Shown: piece by piece, positions 1-8,823 of the stretch
How positions within the stretch are numbered: the first letter of the stretch is position 1
How the letters are laid out: every line of letters starts with the position of its first letter
Origin: Lentimonas sp.
GTDB lineage: Bacteria; Pseudomonadota; Alphaproteobacteria; Rickettsiales; UBA1997
Assembly (NCBI GenBank): GCA_047628655.1
Contig: JBLHVR010000001.1
Location: 1 to 62,983, forward strand
Direction: 5' to 3'
Length of the DNA stretch: 62,983 bases
Notes under the pieces: model-generated
Told to the model about the DNA's origin: nothing
Seen by the model: the letters and a program-made list of their open reading frames with translations, nothing else
The model's database searches: none
Made by a program: the position numbers and the translations under genes

Positions 1-791
1 TCTAGGTTTTTTTCAACTGCTTCCAACATGTCATCTGCACTGACAACGGAAATGATATTCTTTTTTGGTAAATTGATATTTTCTTTAATATTTCCGGCAA
101 CCAAAATTACTTCTGCGCCTAAATCATAAAAAACTTCCGCAATAGCAATTCCTTGTTTTCCAGAAGAATAATTGCCAATAAAACGAACTGGGTCAATTGC
201 TTCATAGGTTGCTCCGGCGGTAATTATGACTTTCTTGCCAGTAAAAAACTGTTTTTTGTCAAAAAAATTATTCAAATGAGAGAAAATTTCGATAGGTTCA
301 ACCATTTTACCAACTCCATATTCTCCACAAGCTAGTAAATCGGTTTCTGGCTCTAGAATTTTGACGCCATTTTCACGCAAAGTTTGTAAATTTTTCTGAG
401 TTTGCTTGTGATTCCACATTTTTTCATTCATTGCCGGTGCAATAAAAATAGGTTTATTAGCAGCAAGAATAATATTTGAGGCTAAATCATCGGCGAGGCC
501 AAAGGCCATTTTGGCGATGAAATCTGCTGTTGCAGGCGCAATCACAATGGCGTCATTCTGGCGAGAAAGATTGATGTGTCCAATTTCAGCTTCATCTTCA
601 CTAGAAAAAAGCTGATCTAGAACTTTTTCTCCTGCAATTGAAGAAACCAAAAGTGGGGTGACAAATTCTTGTGCTCCACGCGTCATGACGGGAGTTATTT
701 TGTAAGCTGCTTTTTTAAACAGACGTATAAGATCGACACTTTTGTAAGCTGCAACCGAACCTGTAATTATAAGAAGAATATTTTTTGTCAT
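1..791 (-). CDS. coaBC: Bifunctional phosphopantothenoylcysteine decarboxylase / phosphopantothenate-cysteine ligase (CoaBC/Dfp), C-terminal part cut by the window edge
   Basis: Absent from the ORF track because it runs off the window. Reverse complement from the ATG at 789-791 reads MTKNILLIITGSVAAYKSVDLIRLFKKAAYKITPVMTRGAQEFV (CoaC flavoprotein motif). It continues to GKKVIITAGATYEAIDPVRFIGNYSSGKQG (CoaB motif) around nt 150-250. It starts 3 nt after the pheS stop. Confidence 0.85.
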   Translation of the reverse strand, partial: MTKNILLIITGSVAAYKSVDLIRLFKKAAYKITPVMTRGAQEFVTPLLVSSIAGEKVLDQLFSSEDEAEIGHINLSRQNDAIVIAPATADFIAKMAFGLADDLASNIILAANKPIFIAPAMNEKMWNHKQTQKNLQTLRENGVKILEPETDLLACGEYGVGKMVEPIEIFSHLNNFFDKKQFFTGKKVIITAGATYEAIDPVRFIGNYSSGKQGIAIAEVFYDLGAEVILVAGNIKENINLPKKNIISVVSADDMLEAVEKNL

Positions 792-794
792 CAG

Positions 795-1832
795 CTAATT
801 TTTAAATCCAAAATGTTTAAGAAAGCGTAAATCTCCTTCAAAGAACATTCTTAAATCGTTAATTCCATATTTAAGCATTGCCAGTCTTTCAATTCCAACT
901 CCAAAGGCAAATCCTTGATATTCTTCTGGATCAATTCCAACATTTTTTAGAACTTCTGGATGAACCATGCCGCAGCCAAGAATTTCTAGGAAATTTTTGT
1001 TGGAACCAATTTTTATTCTGCCATCCTTTTTTTCAAAGCCAATGTCTAATTCAGCAGAAGGTTCTGTGAAGGGAAAAAAGCTGGGGCGAAATCTGGAGGA
1101 AATGTTTTCGATTTCGAAGAACTCACTAAGGAATTTTTCCAAGGTCCATTTCAAATGGCCCATATTGACTTTTTTATCAATCACCAATCCTTCAACCTGA
1201 TGAAACATTGGTGTATGAGTTTGATCGGAATCGCTGCGATAAACTTTTCCTAAGGAAATAATTTTAAGTGGCGGTTTAGATTCCAACATTTTGCGGATTT
1301 GAACGCTGGAAGTGTGAGTGCGCAGCAGCATTGTTTTGCCGTCATTTTCTGGTAAATAGAAGGTGTCTTGCATTTGTCTGGCAGGATGATTCTCTGGAAT
1401 GTTAAGAGCTCCAAAATTGTGAAAATCATCTTCAATTTCAGGTCCATCAATCATTTGGAAACCCATTTTGACAAAAATATCCTTAATTTGAATAATGGTT
1501 TTTGAAATTGGATGGATTAATCCTTGATTTTCTTCTCTTACTGGAAGAGTTAGGTCAAGTTTTTCAGTTGTTAACTTGGCATTAAGACTCACCAACTCTA
1601 ATTCTTCTTTTTTATTTTGAATGCTTAAGAGAACTTCGTTTTTGAAGATGTTAATGGCAGCGCCAGATTGCTTCTTTTCTTCTAAATCTAGATTTCTAAG
1701 ACCAGACATTAAGCCGGTTATTAGGCCTTTCTTTCCTAGATATTTAAGCCTTAACTCTTCTAGAGTGTCTAGTGAGTCAGATTTGTTAATCTGGTCATAA
1801 AATTCTTTTTGAATGTCGTTGATATTTTGCAT
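795..1832 (-). CDS. pheS: Phenylalanine--tRNA ligase alpha subunit
   Basis: 345-aa ORF with class II aaRS motifs (HPARQMQDTFY, LLRTHTSSVQIR, FRPSFFPFTEPSAE, GCGMVHP, GFAFGVGIERLAML). No pheT follows it. Confidence 0.95.
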   Translation of the reverse strand: MQNINDIQKEFYDQINKSDSLDTLEELRLKYLGKKGLITGLMSGLRNLDLEEKKQSGAAINIFKNEVLLSIQNKKEELELVSLNAKLTTEKLDLTLPVREENQGLIHPISKTIIQIKDIFVKMGFQMIDGPEIEDDFHNFGALNIPENHPARQMQDTFYLPENDGKTMLLRTHTSSVQIRKMLESKPPLKIISLGKVYRSDSDQTHTPMFHQVEGLVIDKKVNMGHLKWTLEKFLSEFFEIENISSRFRPSFFPFTEPSAELDIGFEKKDGRIKIGSNKNFLEILGCGMVHPEVLKNVGIDPEEYQGFAFGVGIERLAMLKYGINDLRMFFEGDLRFLKHFGFKN

Positions 1833-1846
1833 TATTTAAACGGAAC

Positions 1847-2785
1847 TTAATAAGGGGGGGATTTTTGATAAAAATCGGCTCTAGCAGTTGGTGGGGCGGA
1901 AACTATTTTTTCATTGAAAATACACAATAATTCATTGGCCAGACGCAAGGTAAATTGGGGAGAGGTGGTTTCCAGCACTATAAAATTTTCTCTTATTACA
2001 TAACCAATTGGCTGCTCATTACCATAAATATCAACTGTGCTGATGGTGGGAACGGTTTCGTTGTCGTTTCTAAATTGAAAAAAAGTTTCCCTGCCATCAT
2101 CATAAACTTTGGTTGGTGAAATGATGTTGGAATTTCCAGCAATTGAATAGCGGAAATTTAGATTTTTTCTACTGCTTCTGTCAGTATTTAAAATCCCTTT
2201 GCCCAAGAACTTATCAACAGAGTGAGATCCGAGGGGATTTTTTACTGTCATTCTAGTATCTTGCGGTCTAGTTGGTCTTGCCATTGAATTTGGCATGGGA
2301 GCGGCATTAGGGCGTGATAATTGAGGAGGAATTGGTAATGGAATACCAAATTCAGGGTAATAAAAACGAACCACATAAACCAATTGTTCATCGGCACGCC
2401 CATCATATTGCGCAGATCCGATATCAAATTGGTAGGTTCTTTTGTTGGTTATGATTGTCATGTTGGTGTGAGCGCCAATTTCCAGTGGACGCACAAATAA
2501 TCTTCTTCCTGCTGGAGTAAGTCTCCAAGCGAAAGATTCTCCGATTGAGATCATCTCAATTTCTTCGTCACTGGAAAATTCAATGTAGGATTGATATCCG
2601 TAGTGAAATTTAAGCTGAAAAACTTCATTGGCGTTGTAAACCAAGGTTTTGATACGGGAATCGGTGGTTATAGGAGCGGTTGGCGCAGGCTGTGCCATTG
2701 CTTGAGCAAAAACCTTTTTAGAGGATCCAAAGCTCAGACAAGTGAGAAGCAAACCAATGATGATTATTCTTTGTAAATTCATCAA
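1847..2785 (-). CDS. virB9: Type IV secretion system protein VirB9/TrbG/CagX family, with signal peptide
   Basis: Aligns by eye to Agrobacterium VirB9 in both domains. N-terminal domain: DSRIKTLVYNANEVFQLKF...RLFVRPLE...TNMTIITNKRTYQFDI...LVYVVRFYYPE. C-terminal domain: NFRYSIAGN...VYDDGRETFFQF...LRLANELLCIFNE. N-terminal signal peptide ends ...VFAQA. ATGA overlap with virB8. Confidence 0.87.
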   Translation of the reverse strand: MMNLQRIIIIGLLLTCLSFGSSKKVFAQAMAQPAPTAPITTDSRIKTLVYNANEVFQLKFHYGYQSYIEFSSDEEIEMISIGESFAWRLTPAGRRLFVRPLEIGAHTNMTIITNKRTYQFDIGSAQYDGRADEQLVYVVRFYYPEFGIPLPIPPQLSRPNAAPMPNSMARPTRPQDTRMTVKNPLGSHSVDKFLGKGILNTDRSSRKNLNFRYSIAGNSNIISPTKVYDDGRETFFQFRNDNETVPTISTVDIYGNEQPIGYVIRENFIVLETTSPQFTLRLANELLCIFNEKIVSAPPTARADFYQKSPPY

Positions 2786-3504
2786 TATTCAAATATTTCC
2801 TCAGTAATTGAGAAGTTTGTGACTTGGAACCCGAGGGGGTTAACGAGTCTTTCTTCGGCAGTTAAGGTTAGGTTAGAAAAATAAAAATTCATTATTATTA
2901 CTTCATCTTTTGATTTTAGGCCTTTTTCCCGATTATTATTTTCATTTAAAATGCGAATTTGGACAGATTCCGAAGATAAAAATTTTATTGATTTAATGCG
3001 CGGGGTAATTCTTGAGCTAACCCCGAGTTTTTTAGCGTTAATTCTGCTGCGGAATTGTGAATACACATTTTGATTCGCAAGCAGGCGCACTAAATTAGCA
3101 TCTCTTTTATAAGTTTTAGGGTTATATCCGACGGCAGCTTGAATGAATTGATTGATGAAATATTTTTTAACCGCCTCGTTAGCAGTTAAATCTTGTAAAC
3201 TGACCTGGTCAACCACAGTGGGAACGCCAGATTTTGCTTCTATTTCAATAACATAAGGTTCGAGGGACTTTGAAGAGACAACGAATTTGACAAAAATTAT
3301 CGAAGCTGTCATCGATATTGTTAGCAAGATAGCCAAAAATAATAAGATGTTTCTTTGAACAAGAACAATTTGATAGCGATTTGAATACCAGCTTTTTAGC
3401 TTAAATTTTTTGCCAGATTCACCTTCTATTGCGGAGTTTTTTTGAATCGAAATTTGTTCACCGGAAGACTTTGAATTTTTTGTATTTTTTGCGGATTTAA
3501 ACAT
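2782..3504 (-). CDS. virB8: Type IV secretion system protein VirB8 family (bitopic inner-membrane protein)
   Basis: One TM segment (LLFLAILLTISMTASIIFVKFVV) followed by LEPYVIEIEAKSGVPTVVD, NEAVKKYFINQFIQAAVGYN and the C-terminal NPLGFQVTNF (compare VirB8 NPLGYQVESY). Its stop overlaps the virB9 start (ATGA at 2782-2785). Confidence 0.8.
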   Translation of the reverse strand: MFKSAKNTKNSKSSGEQISIQKNSAIEGESGKKFKLKSWYSNRYQIVLVQRNILLFLAILLTISMTASIIFVKFVVSSKSLEPYVIEIEAKSGVPTVVDQVSLQDLTANEAVKKYFINQFIQAAVGYNPKTYKRDANLVRLLANQNVYSQFRSRINAKKLGVSSRITPRIKSIKFLSSESVQIRILNENNNREKGLKSKDEVIIMNFYFSNLTLTAEERLVNPLGFQVTNFSITEEIFEY

Positions 3505-3624
3505 CGAAAATTTTTAGGTACAAAAGGGATTTTTCGAACTCTAATGAACTTGATTATTAATATCAAGATGTTTTAATGAAGCTTGATAATACAATATTCT
3601 AGACCCTTTTTTAAAATCCTAAAA

Positions 3625-4764
3625 ATGCTATCTATTTTTGAAGAAAATAAATCAATTTATGGCAAAATTTTAGACTTAAATTGGCAGTTAATTTTCCTGA
3701 TTTTTACTTTATCTACTGTTGGTTTTGCCATGCTTTATTCTGCCTCTGGGGGAAATTTAATTCCGTGGGCTGCTCGGCAGATGATTTTTTTGGCTATTTT
3801 TTTCCCAATTATGATTTTAATTGCCATTACTCCGATTAAATTTTGGCTACAAACATCTTATCTTTATTATTTGGGGGCTTTGTTTTTGCTTCTAGTGGTT
3901 GGTTTTATGGGGCATAATGCCATGGGTGCCACAAGGTGGTTTAGAGTTGGGGGAATTGCCATTCAGCCTTCAGAGATTATGAAAGTTTGTTTGGTTTTAG
4001 CTTTGGCACGATATTTCTACAAAACTGATGCCAACAAGATTGAAACCATAAAATATGTCATTATTCCAGCAATAATGATTACTCTACCGGCGCTTTTAAT
4101 TTTTAAACAGCCTGATTTAGGAACTGCGATTATTTTGCTTTTAGTGGGGATAGTAACTCTATTTATGGCCGGAGTTCAGATGTGGAAATTTATTTCTACC
4201 GGTGTTGTAATTTTAATTTCTATTCCATTTTTATGGATTTTTGTACTTTACGATTACCAAAAACAGCGAGTTTTAAATTTTATCAACCCAGATAACGACC
4301 CTTTCGGAACCGGTTACAATATTATTCAATCTAAAATTGCCATTGGATCTGGCGGATTTTTTGGTAAAGGATATTTAAACGGAACTCAAGGACAATTGGA
4401 ATTTCTTCCTGAAAAGCAAACCGATTTTATCTTCACAATGTTGGCTGAAGAAGTTGGTTTTATTGGCAGCTTAATAACCATCATTCTTTACATTTTAATA
4501 ATTAGAATTGGAACGCGAATAGGCGCCAGATCTAAACATCAATTTGGTAGATTAGTGGCCTTTGGAATTACTAATGTTCTCTTTATCCATGTTTTTATTA
4601 ACATGGGAATGGTGATGGGTCTTTTACCTGTGGTTGGAGCCCCACTTCCTTTAATTTCCTATGGTGGAACCATTACTGCTACCATGTTAATTGGCTTTGG
4701 ATTTTTACTAAATGTTGATGCTAATTCACATCTAGATAACCCCGATTCCTTTAGTCGCTATTAA
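3625..4764 (+). CDS. rodA: SEDS-family peptidoglycan glycosyltransferase RodA (rod-shape determining protein)
   Basis: Polytopic membrane protein with RodA/FtsW motifs (LYSASGG, IQPSEIMKV, KQPDLGTA, GYNIIQSKIAIGSGGFFGKG, LPEKQTDFIF, LPLISYGGT). The ORF track starts at TTG 3583; the first ATG is at 3625, so the start is uncertain. Confidence 0.85.
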   Translation: MLSIFEENKSIYGKILDLNWQLIFLIFTLSTVGFAMLYSASGGNLIPWAARQMIFLAIFFPIMILIAITPIKFWLQTSYLYYLGALFLLLVVGFMGHNAMGATRWFRVGGIAIQPSEIMKVCLVLALARYFYKTDANKIETIKYVIIPAIMITLPALLIFKQPDLGTAIILLLVGIVTLFMAGVQMWKFISTGVVILISIPFLWIFVLYDYQKQRVLNFINPDNDPFGTGYNIIQSKIAIGSGGFFGKGYLNGTQGQLEFLPEKQTDFIFTMLAEEVGFIGSLITIILYILIIRIGTRIGARSKHQFGRLVAFGITNVLFIHVFINMGMVMGLLPVVGAPLPLISYGGTITATMLIGFGFLLNVDANSHLDNPDSFSRY

Positions 4765-4777
4765 TTAAATCAAAAAT

Positions 4778-5170
4778 ATGTTTGGAATTTCCCTAGTAGA
4801 ATTTTTATTTGTTTTGGTGCTTGCGGTTTTAATTATCGGGCCAAAAGATTTCCCAGAAATTGCTCGATATTTAATTAAAATTTTTGCCAGAATTAAACAT
4901 TTTATTGTTCAGGCTAAAAACGAAATGGGAGCAATTAGTAAAGAACTTGGAATTGATAAAATTAGAAATGAGGTTGAAGTTGAAATTGCCAGTGAAATTA
5001 ATAACCAGAAAGAACAAATTGAAGATGAAATAACCACCATTATTGATATGTATGGCAACGAACATCAAGTTCCGAATATTCAAGAGTTGAGGAATGATAA
5101 GGGTAAAGATGAGATTGAAAAGGAAGTTAAGGAATTGAATGAGAAGAATCAGAATAACGCAAAGAAATAG
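4778..5170 (+). CDS. tatB: Twin-arginine translocase TatA/TatB-family protein (TatB-like) with a long K/E-rich tail
   Basis: N-terminus MFGISLVEFLFVLVLAVLIIGPKDFPEIARYL matches the TatB TM helix, GP hinge and amphipathic helix. The rest is charged and low-complexity. No tatC lies downstream. Confidence 0.72.
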   Translation: MFGISLVEFLFVLVLAVLIIGPKDFPEIARYLIKIFARIKHFIVQAKNEMGAISKELGIDKIRNEVEVEIASEINNQKEQIEDEITTIIDMYGNEHQVPNIQELRNDKGKDEIEKEVKELNEKNQNNAKK

Positions 5171-5342
5171 TAAGAAAGACATTGCTAGGACGCAAAATCT
5201 TATAAAATAATATGAATTAAATCCTTATTGTTGTGAGTTAAGAGATAGACCTGAATTGTTAAATGATGTTGAAATTTTTATTAATAACTTATGTGGATCA
5301 TACGAACCAAATTAATAGCAGTTCAAATAAGTAGCTTAAAGA

Positions 5343-5837
5343 ATGAATAAGCGAAACACTCTTAACTCTTTACTAGTAATATTTTTAATGTTCTTAACAC
5401 AAAATTGTGTTGGAATTTCTGTTGTAGCTGTAAAGAATGCTAAATTTAATACGAAAGAATTTCATTTAGTAAAAAAGCGAGGATATTTTCTGGAATATTG
5501 GAAAATTCCAAATTCTGAAACAAAAGATTATTCAAAGAATGACCTTTTATCTCTATGGGGAAAACCTAATAAAAAGAATAACATTGAGGAATTTGAATAT
5601 TGGATCTACAGAAGAGAAGTTGGTTTTTCTGGAATAGTTCCTGAAATTATTATTCCTTTGCCAATTTTAATTCCGTCGGGATATCGTCATACAATTCTGG
5701 TTTTTAAAAATAATAACTTGGAAAGTTTGATAGAAGAATATGGTGGAAAAAATTATCGTTTTTCATGCTTTCTTATTTCATTAGAATGCACTAATTCAAA
5801 AACGGATGCTTGGCGAAGACCTATGGCATGGTTCTAA
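5343..5837 (+). CDS. Hypothetical membrane-anchored or exported protein (possibly BamE/SmpA-OmlA-like fold)
   Basis: 164-aa ORF with an N-terminal hydrophobic segment (LLVIFLMFLTQNCVG). The SLWGKPNKK...EYWIY pattern loosely resembles SmpA/OmlA proteins. No firm family assignment. Confidence 0.45.
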   Translation: MNKRNTLNSLLVIFLMFLTQNCVGISVVAVKNAKFNTKEFHLVKKRGYFLEYWKIPNSETKDYSKNDLLSLWGKPNKKNNIEEFEYWIYRREVGFSGIVPEIIIPLPILIPSGYRHTILVFKNNNLESLIEEYGGKNYRFSCFLISLECTNSKTDAWRRPMAWF

Positions 5838-5894
5838 GAAAGATCTTGTTTTAATGATTTCTCGGGTTTCAGTTATCAAAAATTGAAATTGTTA

Positions 5895-8621
5895 CTAACC
5901 CAATTTCCCATGACAATGCTTAAATTTCCTTCCGCTTCCACAAGGGCAAACCTCGTTTCTGCCAACAGTTCCCCAGCTTAATGGATTGTTAGGATCGCGC
6001 TCTTCCTTAGAAACTTTGTTTCTAATTTGAGGTTGAGATTTTCCGCCATTAACAATTGGAGAATTAGGGTCAAATCTGCTAGTAAAAGTTTTTTGCTTAG
6101 CGGCAATTTGACTTAAAATATCAATTCGGGCCTCACTTTCTTCTTCCATTTTAAGCTGCGAATGAGAAACCCTGTCAATGGTGGTTTCTTCAATTTTAAG
6201 CATCATTTCTTCGAACAAATTGTAAGCTTCTCTTTTATATTCAATTAAAGGATCTTTCTGGGCGTAAGCGCGCAAATTTATACTGTGACGCAATTTATCG
6301 AGTGAAAGAAGGTGGTCTTTCCATTCTTCATCTAAAGTTGCCAAGAATAATTGTCTTTGCAATTGCAACTCTAAATCACCGTAAATTTTTCTTCTCTCTT
6401 CGAATAATTTTTTAGTTTCCTCATTAACGAAATCTAAAATTTCACTGTCAGCAATTCCTTCTTTTTCAGCTAAAGATTTAATATCTAATTTTAGACCGTA
6501 AATTCTTTGGATTTCATTTTCCATGGTTTGAATATCCCACTGCTCGGCGTAAGAACCACGAGGAATTCGCTTGCCAATAGTGTCTTCATTAATGTCGACG
6601 CGAATTGCGTCAATTTCGCCAGAAATATCAGTAGCAGCAATTAACTTGTTACGTTTTTCAAAAATAACTTTTCTTTGTTGATTAACGATGTCGTCATATT
6701 TAATGAGATTTTTACGAATCTCGTAATTGTGCATTTCTACCTTATTTTGCGCTCTTGCCAAGGTTTTTGTAATCCACGGATGGTAAATAGCTTCGTCATC
6801 TTTCAGTCCCAATCTAGAAAGCATTGATTGAAGTTTTTCGGAACCAAAAATGCGCATTAAATCATCTTCCAAAGAGATGAAAAATTTAGATTGACCAATG
6901 TCGCCTTGACGACCAGATCTTCCGCGAAGCTGGTTGTCAATTCTGCGACTTTCATGGCGCTCAGTTCCAAGCACGTAAAGCCCTCCCGCGTCAATTGCTC
7001 TTTGCTTGTCAATTTTAACTAAGCCAGCAATTTCAGAAATCTTACGAGCCAATGTTCTTTCATCGGTAATTGTAGCTTCCAAATTTTCCTGTAAAACCTC
7101 TGGATTTCCACCCAACATAATGTCGGTTCCACGACCAGCCATGTTAGTTGCAATGGTGATAGATCCTGGAACTCCGGCCTGAGAAATAATGTGAGCCTCT
7201 TTTTCGTGATATTTAGCGTTTAAAACTTGATGCTTAACTTTGTGTTTAGTTAGTAATTTGGATAAATATTCAGATTTCTCAATAGTCACAGTTCCAATTA
7301 ACATGGGCTGGCCTCTTTTTTGGCACTCTTCAATTTCCCTAACGATGGCTTTGTATTTTTCAACTTCGTTTTTGTAAATTGCATCATCTGCATCAAGCCT
7401 GGAAATGTCACGATTAGTTGGAATTTCTACCACTTTCAAACCGTAAATTTCTTCAAATTCCACAGCCTCAGTGCTGGCGGTTCCTGTCATTCCTGCTAGC
7501 TTTTCGTAAAGGCGGAAATAGTTCTGGAAGGTAATTGAAGCTAAAGTTTGATTTTCATTTTTAATATTAACCTTTTCTTTAGCCTCCAAAGCTTGGTGCA
7601 GCCCGTCTGAAAAGCGGCGTCCATCTTGCATTCTGCCGGTAAATTCATCAATAATGACCACATTTCCGTCTTTAACAATGTAGTCAGTTTCATTCTTAAA
7701 CATAGTGTGGGCTTTCAAAGCCTGATTCACATGATGAATGATGGAAATATTGTTCACATCGTAAATTCCAGAATCATTGTCAATTAGACCATTTTGTCTG
7801 AGAATTTTTTCAATATTTTCAATTCCTTCTTCGGTTAAGAAAACACTCTTTTCCTTCTCTTCAATTTGGTAATCTTCTTTTTTTAGCAATGGAATTAAAC
7901 GATCAATTTGGGTGTAAAGTTTGGAATTGTCATCAGTTGGGCCAGAAATAATTAATGGAGTTCGGGCTTCGTCAATTAAGATGGAGTCAACTTCATCAAC
8001 AATGGCAAAAAAATGCTTTCTTTGGGATAGATCTTTGGCGGAAAATTTCATATTGTCGCGCAAATAATCAAATCCAAGCTCGTTATTTGTGGCGTAAGTA
8101 ATGTCGGAATTGTAAGCTTCTTTACGCTGTTCGTCGTTTAAATCGTTGGTAATGCAGGAAACTTTTAAACCTAGAAATTCATGTAATTTTCCCATCCAAG
8201 CAGAATCTCGTTTGGCAAGATAGTCATTTACTGTAACAACATGAACGCCTTTTTCGGCCAAAGCGTTTAAATAGCAGGGTAAAGTAGCAACTAAAGTTTT
8301 ACCTTCACCGGTTTTCATTTCAGAAATTTTACCGTGATGCAGAATGATTCCACCAATTAATTGCACATCAAAATGACGCATTCCAAGAACTCGTTTAGAA
8401 GCTTCTCGCACAACAGAGAAGGCTTCACAAAGAATTTCATCCAATGTTTCGCCAGCTTTTAAGCGTTTTTTAAATTCACCGGTTTTAGCTTTTAATTGCT
8501 CATCAGTTAATTTAGAAATTTCTGCTTCAAGAGAATTTATTTTGTCAATTTCTGGTTGAAGAGAAGTAACAACACGATCATTTACCGAGCCAAATATTTT
8601 TTTTGCAATGAAGCCGAACAT
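5895..8621 (-). CDS. secA: Preprotein translocase ATPase SecA
   Basis: Motor motifs MKTGEGKTL, DEVDSILIDEARTPLIISG and TNMAGRGTDI, plus the C-terminal zinc finger CPCGSGRKFKHCHG. The track ORF starts at 8654, but the conserved SecA N-terminus MFGFIAKKIFGSVNDR begins at the ATG ending at 8621. Confidence 0.97.
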   Translation of the reverse strand: MFGFIAKKIFGSVNDRVVTSLQPEIDKINSLEAEISKLTDEQLKAKTGEFKKRLKAGETLDEILCEAFSVVREASKRVLGMRHFDVQLIGGIILHHGKISEMKTGEGKTLVATLPCYLNALAEKGVHVVTVNDYLAKRDSAWMGKLHEFLGLKVSCITNDLNDEQRKEAYNSDITYATNNELGFDYLRDNMKFSAKDLSQRKHFFAIVDEVDSILIDEARTPLIISGPTDDNSKLYTQIDRLIPLLKKEDYQIEEKEKSVFLTEEGIENIEKILRQNGLIDNDSGIYDVNNISIIHHVNQALKAHTMFKNETDYIVKDGNVVIIDEFTGRMQDGRRFSDGLHQALEAKEKVNIKNENQTLASITFQNYFRLYEKLAGMTGTASTEAVEFEEIYGLKVVEIPTNRDISRLDADDAIYKNEVEKYKAIVREIEECQKRGQPMLIGTVTIEKSEYLSKLLTKHKVKHQVLNAKYHEKEAHIISQAGVPGSITIATNMAGRGTDIMLGGNPEVLQENLEATITDERTLARKISEIAGLVKIDKQRAIDAGGLYVLGTERHESRRIDNQLRGRSGRQGDIGQSKFFISLEDDLMRIFGSEKLQSMLSRLGLKDDEAIYHPWITKTLARAQNKVEMHNYEIRKNLIKYDDIVNQQRKVIFEKRNKLIAATDISGEIDAIRVDINEDTIGKRIPRGSYAEQWDIQTMENEIQRIYGLKLDIKSLAEKEGIADSEILDFVNEETKKLFEERRKIYGDLELQLQRQLFLATLDEEWKDHLLSLDKLRHSINLRAYAQKDPLIEYKREAYNLFEEMMLKIEETTIDRVSHSQLKMEEESEARIDILSQIAAKQKTFTSRFDPNSPIVNGGKSQPQIRNKVSKEERDPNNPLSWGTVGRNEVCPCGSGRKFKHCHGKLG

Positions 8622-8704
8622 TTTGTGTGAGGTTTGTAATTTAAAGAGGCACAAAGAATAAGCGTCTTTAATAAAAAATCAAAGAAGAATGACGAATTGC
8701 GTGG

Positions 8705-8748
8705 AATTATTCACAAACTCGCCCCGTGGGGCGCGTTTGTGAATAATT
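8705..8748. repeat. 44-nt near-perfect palindrome (21-bp arms, one mismatch, 3-nt loop) with a GC-rich core; terminator-like hairpin in a divergent promoter region
   Basis: AATTATTCACAAACTCGCCCC-GTG-GGGGCGCGTTTGTGAATAATT, flanked by T-rich runs on both strands. The 16-nt core CGCGCCCCACGGGGCG (reverse complement here) is identical to the terminator core at 35368-35399. Confidence 0.6.
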
Positions 8749-8823
8749 TATTTCTTCTTGTTTTTTTCTACCCTCATTTCTAGAATTCGCGCCTCTTTAC
8801 AACCCTTAAAAACTTAAAAATTA

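Noticed and set aside
1854-1860. G7 homopolymer on the plus strand (C7 in the virB9 mRNA sense) as a phase-variation switch for virB9
   Set aside because: It lies in the last four codons (..SPPY*). Slippage would change only the extreme C-terminus, so a switch function is unlikely.
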